In this document: piece after piece, positions 1-13,308 of the stretch | How the letters are laid out: every line of letters starts with the position of its first letter | Position numbering within the stretch: position 1 is the stretch's first letter | Origin: Chlorokybus atmophyticus | Lineage: Eukaryota; Plantae; Mesostigma and Chlorokybus algae | Direction of reading: 5' to 3' | Assembly: GCA_009103225.1 (NCBI GenBank) | Contig: RHPI01001946.1 | Span: 1 to 64,000 of the forward strand | DNA length: 64,000 nt | Notes under the pieces: model-generated | The model's input: the letters and a program-made list of their open reading frames with translations, nothing else | The model's database searches: none | Told to the model about the DNA's origin: nothing | Program-made: the position numbers and the translations under genes

Positions 1-3000
1 CAAGCATCTCTAGATCGCCAAGCACGCCTTCCAATCTGCAATGCACAATTGTTACTATAATTGTATTAAGCAGCACAACAGGGCGCTCAAAGCTAGCCAA
101 GCGTGTCACGCACCCCTTGAGCAAGTGTGCTGATGCCAGCACAGGTGCCTGCTCTTTAGACAGGCTCGCAGGCTTCGTTGCCAAGTGCACCAGTACACTT
201 GCGAGCATATCACGCTGAGCATCACGAACTTCAGCAGCGCCGGTCACCCAGCGAGTGACCATGTCTGCATGTTGGTCAGGTGTGTGCAGCTCCCACAGCA
301 TGTTTGCAACTTGTGCCTCCTTAACATCGCGGCCACTGCATCAAGTTCACAGTCAGTCCTGGTGTCACAGTACCCATGATTGCAGATGTTAAATGGCAGC
401 CTCTGCAGCAGATATACTTGTACAACTCGTTGAGAAACGACTTTGTGCGTTCGGTAAATTCCTCCTCGGACAGGGGCTGTGGGGTTGCAGGTGGAGACAC
501 CGCTGGAGTTGTGGCTGGTGGGCTCTTTGCTGGTGCAGCCGGTGGCGTTGCCCCAGGCCGCAGCGATGCATCTCCTGAACTCAGCCTACTCCTGTCTTGT
601 GCAGCTGCAGCGGCGGGTGCAGTGCGCCCAGCGCTCATAGGCCTGAGTGCCCCAGCATTGGGTCCAAGGACAACACCAGTACCGGACTTGACAGGATCCC
701 GCAACGGAATACCAGGACTGGGTTCTGACAACCTCACGTCACCAAAGTTAGCGCCAGGCGGCCCTGTCCTGGCCATTGAGCGAGGTACAGGCATGGCTGC
801 AAACATGAGTTGAGTAACTACTAGGAGCTTGCAAGTTAAGCAACACACCCTTTTTGGCAAAGTTGCAACGAACCTCCAGGTCCGGAGAGGCCTGGTGGAC
901 CAGCACCAGGTCCATACAGGTTGCCAGTAGAGGAGCTCCTGGGGGGAGGCATTCCAAAGCTCATTGGAGGCTCCGGCCCTCGCCTGCCCGGCCCGCCACT
1001 CATGGGTGGGGGGCCGGGCATAGGACCTCTGCGACCACCACCTCCGCCACCTCCGCGCATAGCCTCCGCAGCATCTCTGTGCACCTCTTCAATTTTCTTC
1101 GGCCCTTCGACCTGGCGGGCAGCAGCACAGTTGACAGCTATCGCATCTCAACTCCAAACAGAGTAACTACTGCTTTTGAGACACACACTCAAACAGTAGA
1201 AGCTTTCACACCACGCGACAATACAGCCAGATATGACAAACAGCCCACCTTGCGTCGAGTAACCCAGCGGTTGTTGCGCAGATCGATTAGGTCTTGCAAC
1301 ATGAACCTGATTCGCGAGGAGAGCTTCATGTTGTGAGACAGTGCCTCAATGCGCCTGAAGTACGAGTCGAAGATCTGCTGCGCCTTAGCATGGTCGAGGC
1401 GCTGGCCAACAGTGGAAACCAGCTTGCACAAGGCTTCCACGTCTTCCTCGTCTGGGTTTTCAACCTCTCCCAGCAGCTTTCGGATGCACTCGTGCATAAT
1501 CCTTTCTGTGAGCATGCTTTTCTTGTACAATTCACCAATGAAGCGGATATTGCCGAGAGAACGGCGCCGTGCCTGCATAAACATGGAAAGGGTTATGAGA
1601 GCTCCTCCGCCACTGCAGGCAAGTTACCTACAGAATGGGATGCTCACCTTGGTTTTCATTTCTGCAATTTCCTCTGCACTCAGCTTTACATCACCCTCCT
1701 GCTTCGTCTTTTCATCCTCTTCTGCCTTCATAGCTGCTGCTGTTTCAGCCTCTCCTCTCTCAAACTCTTCTTGACACTTGGTAAGCAACACGCGCTTGAA
1801 GGTAATCTTCTCTTCGGTGTTCTCGTCAGAGCGGGTGAACTCTGGTAGCTTCTCAGCAAGCTTGACGCACAGGGCAGCATACATCTCACAAAACGTTGGT
1901 TCAAAGACCGCCTTTTCAAAGATTTGCCCAATAGCAGCATTCAGAGTGTCTGCTGAACTGATGCCAATCTGTACACCAAGGGCAATGCGTTAGCCTTGTG
2001 TGCTATGACTGCGCAAAAACGTGCAACCAGCAGTTACGTAAGTACCTCGTCAAACTGGTCCACCATCTTGTCAAAGTTTTGTGGGGTCAACTTGTTCAGG
2101 ATACCCTTCACCAACTTTTGCTTCTTCTGCTCTTCATCAGTTACCTGTAACACAGCGCAGAGTTAGGATCACTGATGACCAGTGAAATAACAAAGCACAT
2201 CACATATGCAGACTACATGTCTCTGACCTGGCCAACCGTGAAGCGCTGCTCAGCCTTGTGAAGGGCAGGGGCTGGCCCGCGCATTCCCATGCCATGTGTG
2301 CCAACGGGCGGAACTCCGCGTGGCTGCGGCAACGGTCCCTTTCGTGTCCATTGATCTGCATCAATTCCACGCACTGGGGGCACAAGACCACCAGGACCAA
2401 ACTGACCAGGCCCCATGCCTGGACGGTCAGGGGCGCCGCGCATACCTGGACAGTATACTAGATTGTCAGATACTGCAAGACACATAGTTAACTAGTTGTG
2501 CACATGCTACCAATCAGCAGCATACCCGCAGCCATTCCCACTGGTCTGAGCCCACCCATCATTCCGCCAGCCTGGGCCATGCCAAAACGTCCCATGCCAC
2601 CACCTGTCCCGACATGCGAGGAGCCAGTAAATACCAAACCATCGACCAATCCCATGGCCTATGCAACATAAAGTACCTGGGCCAAGTACTGGGCCAGCAC
2701 CACCGCCAGGTGCCAGACGTCCAGGACCTAGTGTACCAGGTTGGCCCATACTAGTGAGTGCGGAGAGGGACAAGCCCGGAGTTTTGCGCCAGTCATCGCC
2801 CAAGCCCATTGCCCCACGCGTTGCAGTGGCAGCATTGACGGGCACATTGTCGGAGTAGATTCCTCCCAGCATCAGCTCCTGCAATCAATGTGTAGTAAAT
2901 CAGTAAAGCCAGACACCAGCTGCTTGCATTTTGCAATGTCTGGCATTGCTTGACAAGCAGTCAGCAAAAATTGCCAAACCCGCATTGCAAAATCTCGCCC

Positions 3001-6000
3001 ACCAACGGTACAACATCAGCACACCTGGAAGAACTGCATGTCCTCAGGCTGATACGCGCACATGTCCCTGAAGCGGAAAAGGAAGTCGCGGCTGTACGTT
3101 ATACGGCCATTGGTGGATTCCCCTCGCACCTGTGCCATCCACAACAAAACGCACACAGTGCGTATGTAAATAGGTATACAAAATGCTTGAACACATTACA
3201 CGACACACCAAGCCATCTCCTAAATCATGTCCAATCTGGCAGGTGCGCGTACATTCCAACCACACCTACACATCGACTAACCTTTGGTGTTGGAAGCTCA
3301 GCAGCATCTTCCCAATCCTCCAACTCTTTGGGGCTCGGAGGTACGACACTCTTTTGCTTCTCTTTGCTTTTCGCTGCTGCCACCTGTTGGGCAGCAGCCA
3401 CCTGGGCAGCTGCCACAGCACACAATGGACCAGTAAGCAAACCTATCAGCTGCCAATGCAGACTGCAAATGGGCCTTTAATCACAAACCGGCTGCTGCCT
3501 TCTTGTCAGGTTTTGTATCAGAGCTGTACGCGTCATACAGATAGTCACCAGAACTGCTGCCCAAATCTGCAGCCTTCAGCATAGCCCTCTTCTGAGCCTT
3601 TTTGTTGACAGCCATGCCAGCCTTCAAACCACCCATGTCTGCCAGTGGAACCTCTGTGACACACCACACAGTCACAACCATGTACATGCGTCTGTGCACA
3701 ATAAAGCTGCAACATAAGAAGACCACAATCATGCAAGCACACTTTGAATCTTTTGCTTACCAGCTAAAAGCGCCTCTTTGGGCTCCTTTTCAGTTGGTGC
3801 AGGTTGCGCCGCTTCAAATACAGCCAATGGAGACAAAGGTTTCAACTGCTCAACCTCCTCTGTGCGAGCTGCACCTTGAGCTGCTGCAGGGGCAGGCGCC
3901 ATGCCATCCTTGATCTCCACCGCTGCTGGTTGCCCCTTGCCAGCAGCCTCAACGTCGGCAGGCTTGGTAGGTGACTGTATGCAGACAAGTGCTATTAGCA
4001 AGCAATATCCAACAGATACATGTCAGATCTACTGCACACAATGTTTGCAGGAACACAACCGGCGCACCTTGGGAGTTGGCGATCTTGGTGACTGAAGCTT
4101 CGATTCGGTCGCCCGACCCTCCTGGGCCTGCGAGACAGCACGGGTTTCCGGAATTGAGACTGATGTATCTTGTTTCCCGGGTGCCTCAGCAACTGTCGCA
4201 GCCTCAGAAGGATTCAGGCTACGCTCGTCTGACATCTGCTTTGCATCAACTGCTGATGATGGAGGGGCCTCTACAGCAGCAGCCTTTATGTCTTTTGATG
4301 CTGCAGCACCGGAGGTGGTCTCACCAACAGGCGTTGGCTGCTTCACCACATCCTTGGCCTCCACAGAAGCCAAGGCTGCCTCTGGAGTACCTGGCTTCTG
4401 CTCGGTTCGACCCCTGGTCTCCACTGCGGGAGCTGATGCAGTGGCCTTCATGTCCTTCAAGGGCCCTGCCGCACTCTTGGGGCTACCCTTGCGATCCTTT
4501 CTTGCACCAGCCAAGTCTTTGTGTTCCAGTGGTGCTGGTACCAGTGCTGGAGCTTGAGCTGCAGGAACTGAGGCAGGTGCTGGGGCAGTAGCAGGTGCTG
4601 GTGTGGCAGGCTTGCCGGCAGCAGGCTTAGCAGCTTCTGGTGTTGGTGTTGAAGGCTTAGCAACTGCCGGCGACACTGGTCTCTCAACAGCTGCTGGAGG
4701 TTGACTAGATGGCGCACCAGCTGCAGGTGCAGATGTTGCTGAAGAGGGCCTACTTGCAGTGGACGAAGTTGCAGATAACAGCGTAGGGTTGGGCTGTGCA
4801 GGTGCGGGTGCGGACGCAGGTGAGGGTGCTGGTGGGCTTGCCACTTTGGCATCAGCAGCTGCCTTTAAACCAGTATCCTTCTGTGCGCTGCCCAAAGGCG
4901 TGGGCTTGCTGGCTGCAATGGTCGACCAAGCAGGTGCTGGAGGTGTGCTGGAGGTTGGTGCCTTCGTTGTCGCTGCTGGGGGTGCCAGCCCTGGAGGCGC
5001 TGAGGTAGTGCCCAGGGCGGCAGCATCTAGCGAGCCAAACTTTATGTCCTCAACACTAGACGCAGGTGTCGTTACTGCAGCCGGGGCAGATGCAGGTGCA
5101 GCAGCGGGTTTGGGAGACGACAAACCAGGAGGAGCTGCCATACCAGGGCTGCGGCTGCTGGGAGGGGGTGCGGGACCGTTTCCAGTTGGCCTTGCCTGAG
5201 CTGCTGAAGGCACCAGGCCAGGAGGACCCTGAGGATATGTACGTCGTTATGACATGTCTTGCAACAAAATCTACTTATTAAGATGCACAGCACGAAGTGT
5301 TCAACCAGGAGCTCACCTGAGGTATGAACTGCATCCCCGGATGCATCTGCCCTTGCGGCACAAACCCTGGCGAGTACGGCCTTGGTGGGCCACCAGCTCC
5401 TGGACCACCTGGTTTACCAGCAGGAGGAGCCTGATTGTAGAAATAAGGTCCTGACAACATCCACTCTGAATTCAGTTACCATTTTGATTGATTAATTGAT
5501 GTCACCACCCAAGGACATCAGGAGGTGGTGAGACGAGCAAAACCCACAAGGTATACCTGCACCAGGGTAGTACTGAACACCCCCGGGCACCTGCATCGGA
5601 TACGATGGTGCACCCATTGGCCGCTGGGGCTGCATACCGGGCCTCTGGCTGCTGGGTGATGGCATGCCTGTATAAAGCAATGAATAACTCAGTTGCGCCC
5701 ACAAAACCCGCAACTGCCCATGCCACTAGCAATACCTGTGGTGCCCGGCCCATCACCAGCCGATTTGGGCTTTTCGTCCAAAGTCACTTCCTCATTTGTG
5801 ACAGGGTTGACAATCTTGATCTTTTTGCTTTCTTTGCGCATGACAGGGTACACAGGGTGATGCCCTGGTGAATAAGGCGCTTGCCCCTATGACAGCAACA
5901 TGACTCTAATCAACACCACCTGCAGGTTCGAAGCATACCACGAGCAAACGTTGCGCACAAACACATACCTGCTGTACCATCATGGGGCCTTGCATGGGCA

Positions 6001-8432
6001 CCATCTGTGGTACCGCATGCATTGGCTGCTGAGGAGGCTGTTGTGGGGGCAACTGCTGCTGAGGCACCGGCTGCGGCTGCGGAGCCTGCTGGGCAGCCTG
6101 TTGCGGGGGAGGTGGCTGCTGCAGTGACTGACCTTGCTGTGGACGTCCCAACTGACTAGGTGGGTGACGCACTGAAGCCCCCGCCGCCTGCAATTGCATA
6201 ACTTGGTCATGCTCACGAAACTGATGCTGTTACAACTGTGAAGCAACCGCTGCAATGCGAACATGCAAACGCGTAAGTGAGAGCAGACAGCCAGTGCAAA
6301 CTAAACACCTTCACTGCACGACATGGCAATATGCTCAGTACCATTGCTTGCAGCGTTCCACCTGCAGGCATTGGACCTGCAGGTGGAGTATGCGGGGGAG
6401 CTGGACTCGCTCCATCACGCGGAAAGAAACCACCACTGGCTGCGGTCTGCAGTGCAATACACGTTATTCACTGCAAACACCTAACCGAATTAGGTCAACT
6501 TGCAGCCCGTGCATCAAGTATGCTCACATAAGCCTGTGGCTGTGCGAACTTAGCACCATTTACTGACTCAAAGTGAGCCTGCACAATTGTTGAGCAATAA
6601 GTAATTGCTGCCAAATAAGTGTTAAGAAATACTGTGATAGGTACAGCCAAAGCATGTTACTGCATGCTCTGACAGATTTGCACCTTCTCGGGTATGACTG
6701 GGTAATGCCCAGGAATGCCAACAAGCAAGCCTTGCTCCTGCACGACCCAAAATATTATTCTCGACTTTGCAGAAGTGTGAAAAGTCGGCATCCTCTTCTA
6801 ACTACAAGACAGAGCTAGCCACACATGCTAACTTGCGTCGTGCATCCCACGCTCATGCACACCGTGACTAACCTGTGCAGCTCGCTCTTGTTCAATTAGG
6901 TTGGGAGGGGCAGAGCTGGTGCGCGGGGGAAGCTACAGCCAACACGAGTAATTCAGTAGCCAGTATTTCATTAGCCAAATGTTCACTTGCAGGGTACGGT
7001 ACTGCAAGAATCACTTGACAATGGCGCACGCATGTGAATCACAAGCTGCGATGTTGCTGCAGGCAACTTGACACGCATTGCACCCAAACACCCGCGCAAC
7101 ATTGCACAACACATACCACCCCATTGATGAAAATGTCCATAACCAATTACCTGTAAAACGCTATTCCCACCGCCACCAAAAATCTGCTCGTTGATTGTGC
7201 CAAACTGAAAATGCACAGCTGCAAAAAGCACAACAGTTAACCTAATTGTGCATTTCACAAGTCTCCTAAATTGCAAGTACCCATGCGCGAGGTTGCTCAC
7301 CAGCTGGCGCAGCAGCTGTATCCTGCTTGGCACCGGCTGCCATGGCTGATGCATATGAGACAGGAGTGCCAGATCCTGGTGCAGCAGATGGAGGCCTTGA
7401 GCCTGGCTGACCAGACGGCTGGGCATGAGACCCTGCTGGTGCTGCCGCTGCTTGTGACGTTGGAGGAGATGGTTGCCGGGCAGCAGCTTGCTGCTGTGTT
7501 GAGGGCTTCACATCTGCTGCAGCATTGGCAGGGGCGCCTGCTGCAAGCCGTACAGCTGATCAAATGTGCTAACTTTGCGCACTTAGTAATGTATAAATGT
7601 GAGTACGCAACATCTGGGCAGGGCTGGCTGACGTTTATTACACAGTGCATGCAACAAGGCATCGTCCTATAGCATACAGACAGATTTGTCCTTGGTTGCT
7701 CACATCCACCGCAAATCAAACAACCAATCAAGGCCTACCAGTAACAGTCTTGGCCGCTTGCTGTGGCTGTTCTGATGGCTGACCACCCGCTCCTCGATAA
7801 CCAGGTGCGGATCCATTGCTGCGCTTGCCTCTACAGAGCATTGAGTGATGTAAGAAAATACTCAATACCAGAACCTTGCTCCTCTGCAATGCTCGCAAGC
7901 AGTCCTGAGCAAGTTGATGACTCCACAGGAAACTTGTCAACAAGGTGAATTTACTGTACGGCAACACATGCGGGTAGAAGCTGCGACAACTCAATAACTT
8001 TGCCACAATAAGCTGGACACCATGCAAAGCCGCCAATGTAACTGCCATGAGAACTGAAGAATTGGCCAATGACAGTTTAAACATGCAACACAACATATCT
8101 GTGTGAATCGCACCATCGAAAAGGGACAATGTCGCCATAAGAAGTCGTGCATGCTACTTGTCTTAACCAGACATGCCAGGAATCAATTTGCCAATTCATA
8201 CTCGACAGCTGCTTGTGAACCAGAGACTCAACCCTAACCCTAAAATCAGCTGGCACAAATCAAACCCATACCCGCGATGCGAGGGCTGCCCCTGAGGGCC
8301 CTTTGCGGGCGCACCACCACCGCTGCCGCTGAACTGCTGCTGACGAGCAGCACCGCTGCTGCCGCCGCCGCCGAAAGGGCCGTTGCCTCTGCCGGGCTTC
8401 TTACTGGGCTCCGTCCTGGGTGGATGGGACAT
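1..8432 (-). CDS. eIF4G: Eukaryotic translation initiation factor 4G, multi-exon; 3' end runs off the left edge of the window
   Basis: eIF4E-binding motif YSRDFLF (YxxxxL-phi) at 3076-3096. MIF4G exons (...FIGELYKKSMLTERIMHECIRKLLGEVENPDEEDVEALCKL..., KRVLLTKCQEEFERGE). Start of MA3 domain (PLSEEEFTERTKSFLNE; PDQHADMVTRWVTGAAEVRDAQRDMLASVL). Long Pro/Ala/Gln-rich N-terminal exons. Probable start MSHPPRTEPSKKPGRG at 8432. Confidence 0.93.
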
Positions 8433-9480
8433 ATATCCTGCCGACAAAACCCTGAACTGGACAAAAAGGGATACTGGGGAGCGAACACCCCAGCAACTTC
8501 AAGCACCCGCCGCCGCCTGGAAGTGCTACCTCCAAGCTGATTGCGGCGAAACTACCACCCCTGCGGCCCTCACGGGCACTGCAGGGTGACACGCGCCACC
8601 CCTAGCACACTCAGTCAGATATCCGCCCTGCTCCAGCTGAGAGAAAAGAAAGGGAGAAAAAAATGTCCACCTCCCCAACAACACCAGCAAGGAGATTGCT
8701 GATGACGCCGCCGCCCATATGGCCGCAGGGGTGGGCCTTGGGTCTTACCAGCCGAGACAGTCCGCAGCCGATCTCGCAGCGCACCGCTCCAAACCGCCTG
8801 CAGGCGGAACAACTAGGTTCCAACCTGGCCGGTACTGACCTCCCGCGTGTCGTATAGATCGGCCAGCAATGACGAGCACGACTGCGAGGCGTCCGGCTAA
8901 AGCAAGGCACACAAAAGTTTGTGACAAAACCAAACACTAGTGTACGATGTTAGGACTCCTGCCTAGTAACGTATATAACTAACGAGCCATTAGCAGTTGT
9001 AAGGCCTACCACTTACGAGTGCCGGTAGTGCCGGTACAGTAAAAAAGGGTCAATCGCGTCCATACACCAATCAGTCAAGTGACGCCCTGCATTTGAATCC
9101 GGGATTTTTGGCGGCAATTGCCATGCCACACTCTCAATCAAGTGACGCCTGCGTTTGAATTAGGTTCCACTCAGGATTGTGGCGGCATTTCTCCGTGGCA
9201 CTGTCGGTGTCGGGGTCAGTGTGCGTGTGTGGGCGTTGGCGTGGTCGGGGTTGGTGGGGTCTGCGGCGGCGACTGTTGTGGTCAGAGCAACGTGTGGCTC
9301 GGAGGTTAGGTTAGGGAAGTGTCTCTGCTGCCTTGGCGTTGTAGATGTTGGAGCGTGCTGTTGGCGTGCGGGAGATCTCCAGCGTTAGGGTTAGGGCTAG
9401 GGTTAGGTTTGACAGGCATGGCCTATTGGGTAGGCCAGCCAGGTACAGTCAGGTGATTCCATAAGCTGGACTTGACATTT

Positions 9481-11528
9481 ATGGCAAGGTCGGTTCTATC
9501 GCTGCCTGTTCTGCTGGTGCTGGGGCTCTTCGGGTTCATCTACTGCAGTGTGACGTTCTGGGCCATCTTACCATGGCTGAGCTTCTCTGCCCCTGGCATT
9601 TTGCACTTAGGCCTGTTCTCTAGCCTCACCGTTGCGTCCCTGTTGAGTTACTTTGTCGCCGTGTTGACGCCTGCGGGCAGCGTGCCTTGGGGATGGTCTC
9701 CTGAGCTGGAGGATGCAAGCTCGTCGCTACGGGAGGTCAAACGCAAGGTGGGACCCAAGTTGCATGTTTAAAACTTGCTTTGGGGGTGCCTCTTCTGCTT
9801 TTGCCATTGCCTTGATTGCCTTTGCATGTGGTAACAAGAAACATGCACACCATGGTTGATATCCTGCCAAGATTGCAGTTAACTCATGCATGGCTTGTTG
9901 CGTGCGTTTTGCACGTCCCTGCTGCTGATGCCGGTCATGCCCCATGCTTCAATGCTTCTAAACGCTTGATGATGCAGGGACAATCCCATTTTGCATGAAC
10001 TGTTATCTTGCATTCCAACAGACACTGGTAAACGTGGAAGTACTGTTTCTAGTACCATACAATCATGTTATGGGCACTTTCGAATCAAACTCTGATCATT
10101 GCCCATCAGACCTGCTCCGACTTGTGCGAGAATTGAACTGGCACAACCTGGGGTGTCTCACACTATACTCATTCTCACATATGCATTCTCTCATATGGAT
10201 ACATCCTGGGACTAAACAAAGAACTAAGGAAGGCATGATTGACTGGGTAGATGTGTGAGTATGTGAGGCAATGCGCGAGCGAGTTCCTAAAAGTTAATAG
10301 TGCTTTGAGTAGTGAGCATCCTTGCATCCCTACCTTAAACAATCTACTCAACACAGGGCGGCGACTTGCGCTACTGCCAGAAGTGTTGTCACTACAAGCC
10401 AATGCGAGCACACCACTGCCGAGTTTGCAACCGCTGCGTGTTGAGAATGGACCATCACTGCGCCTGGATTAACAACTGCGTCGGTCATGGAAACTACAAG
10501 CCATTCGTTCTGTTTTTGCTATACACCTCGGCTTCCTTGTGGTACGCATTGGTAAGCTATGCTGCAGTAGTTCATCATAACGAACGTACTATCTCAGCGG
10601 TTCTGAACAGTCCATGTTATTGCTGCAGGTTCTTTTGGTTACACGCGGTATTCATGCGTTGTCAGAGCCCGATTATCGCTCCGCACGGGATCAGGATGAT
10701 GCAATGGCATCCGAGATGCTGTCAGCCCTTGTACAGGTGATTGCAGTTCTACTGCTTGTTGTACATGCACTGGCGTGATTACTGCAGTACGCTCGCACAG
10801 TGTGTCCATGCCTTGTCCACCCTCATACAGCTTGCAAACATTATACCAAGTTGCAGACCGCATTACAGCCTCTACCGGTGTTCCGCGTCATACCAGGAGT
10901 TTGTTACAGTTATCCTGGCGATGCATGTGATATTTACTTATTCTCCAGTGTAAAATCAGGCTATTTGCGCAACATTTACTTTCCCATTGGCCATTGTTTT
11001 GGCGGTTCTGTTGGGGTGGCACTTCTACCTTATATCTCAGAACAAGACGACTATCGAGGTAGGTTTCTCCATCGGACCTGATTGCGTGCAAGGTTGAGGC
11101 ATTGTGGGGGTGTGTAATCAATCAGCTTTACATTCAGTACCACGAGGGTGTACGGGCCAAGGTGTTAGCAGCTCATGGCTCAGCAGGCTCACCGTCAGCC
11201 ACTTATTATCCACCGCATCCTTACAACCTTGGGTTCTGCCTAAACCTGCATCAGGTACCGATGTGCTGTATGGGCTTGGTTTGTCGTTGAATGAAAACCC
11301 AGCTAGTGTCATGTTATACTTGCTGCGCAGTTTGCCTGCATCATTGGTTTTGTCGGCTCACAAGGAGGTCAAGACAGACTGTATCACCATTGCAGCAGGT
11401 GTTTATTTTGGCGCTTGTTGCTAAGCCGGGTTATCCTGTGGCAGGTGCTGGGTGAGAACCCAACCGCGTGGTTCCTACCCAGCAGCAAAGCAGAGGGCAA
11501 TGGGTTATCATTTGCAACGTTGCATTAG
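9481..11528 (+). CDS. DHHC-type protein S-acyltransferase (plant PAT15/16-like), multi-exon
   Basis: DHHC Cys-rich domain [44 protein letters not shown]. Hydrophobic N-terminal TM segments from [13 protein letters not shown]-terminal [12 protein letters not shown]|[12 protein letters not shown] ending LH* at 11528. Confidence 0.92.
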
Positions 11529-13308
11529 CGAACTACATGTGGTGTCAACAGCTGTAGTACATACTTGCTCTACCATTGCTGAGTTATATATATTGCTGCG
11601 CTTGTAATATAATAGCACGCAAGGTTTGTAATGTCATGACTGTTTCAGTAACAAAGGCCTCAACTTGTGAGCGGCTTGAACGTGGTTAACAAACACTGCT
11701 TACATAAGATTGGCATTGTATGGGAGCACATTTGCAGTATACCGAGCGTCGCAACAACTGCGCTAACTGCCGTTTCGCATTGTTTGTACACTGTATTGCA
11801 CGCAGTTAATACCCTCGACGTTCTTTTGTGAGCAAGAGGACGTACTGGCTCTTGACACTTGATAACAAGTAATAGTCGCATACTTGTCACCGGGCATGGT
11901 CGAATTATAGTTTTCCGAAGAGTTTGGCTCCTTCAATTATTGCCATTACTTGTCAGGATATCAAGGTCAATCTTTGAAACGTACATAAAGAAGCTTCGTA
12001 TGCTCAAAGACAATAGCAAGCTGCACGACGACAACTCACAGCATGAAGCAAACCTTACCAACCACAATAACCACACGCACTTAGCTTGGCAAGCCCTTGT
12101 ACGTGGCACATGAATGTGATATTATCAACAAGTTGTTGTGCCATTGTTTTTGATATCAATGTTCACGGCCTCATCTGATGTGGGTATCATGTTAAAACAT
12201 GATACCCTATGGATTGTTGAAATTGCCCAACCCTTTTGCATGTTACAATGTATGATATAGCCGCTGTGCAGGTGACTACCATCATTGCCAGTGATGCATG
12301 CATGCATGACTAACAGGGGGGCAGTAGGAGCAGAGGTAGTGACATAGTTAGCCCGGTGGTCGTGCATGCGGCATTGAGGTGCGTGGGTGTGTTGCATGTC
12401 ATGCATTGCGTTGAAATGCATGCTTATGACAGCCTTGTGCTTATCCTGTATATTGCTTGCATATGACGCCCCTGCTGGTGCTGGGCGTGCATATGAGGGC
12501 AAAAAAGGGGACTAGAACTGCCCAACAATGCCTTGTTGTGCAGCGCAGATTACTCACGCATGCGCAACATGCCTACCATGCAACTGTCCAGCCAAGACCA
12601 ATGTAGTGTCAAACAGTAGCGACACAGACCAGGCACATAAACACAAGACTATCAAGCATGAGTGTATACACAACTCCAAACAAACAAGATGTAAAGGAAA
12701 GCAAAGTAGCAAAGTAGCGCACACGAGCCTGGCCTGTAGCTTACAGCGGCAAAACACAGCAATAGAGCACACAAATAGTGACTTGGAAGCACTACAAGTA
12801 CACAGACACGCACAGATACACCTACTACTACCTGTCCAGCTACACCACTGATATCTACTAGGCATCCAGACCTACAATACTAAGCGCAAAAATGGGAGAC
12901 AGAGTGCAGACTCTGCTCCACAGATATACCTGATGTGCCTACAGAGCAATACAAGCTCTAAACACGCAGATGCTATGCGGGACAGCGAACTCCAGGGGGA
13001 AGTGCACGGGTGTGACTGAGGCCATCTACTCCAAGAACATGAAACGATGCCGATGCCAACGACACCCATGCTTCGACCAGGACGGCAGCATGGCCACTTG
13101 CCAGGGAACTTGCCATGCGCAAGAAACGCACAGTGCATTGGGATTGACACGCTATACAAGTACTGCAGCTGAACAAAGCAGTAGTTGCAGATGCTGTCTG
13201 GCCAAAATGTCAAGGCCAGGCACCCGAAAACAAGTAATGCAGTGCCTGAAACCCTCCATCTGCTTGAATCCCAGGTGCAGGGGCAGTGCGAAACAGGTGC
13301 TTGCAGGC

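Noticed and set aside
11600-12900. Possible extra small gene between the DHHC and TRN1 3' ends
   Set aside because: Only short ORFs without recognisable motifs; consistent with 3'UTR or intergenic sequence.
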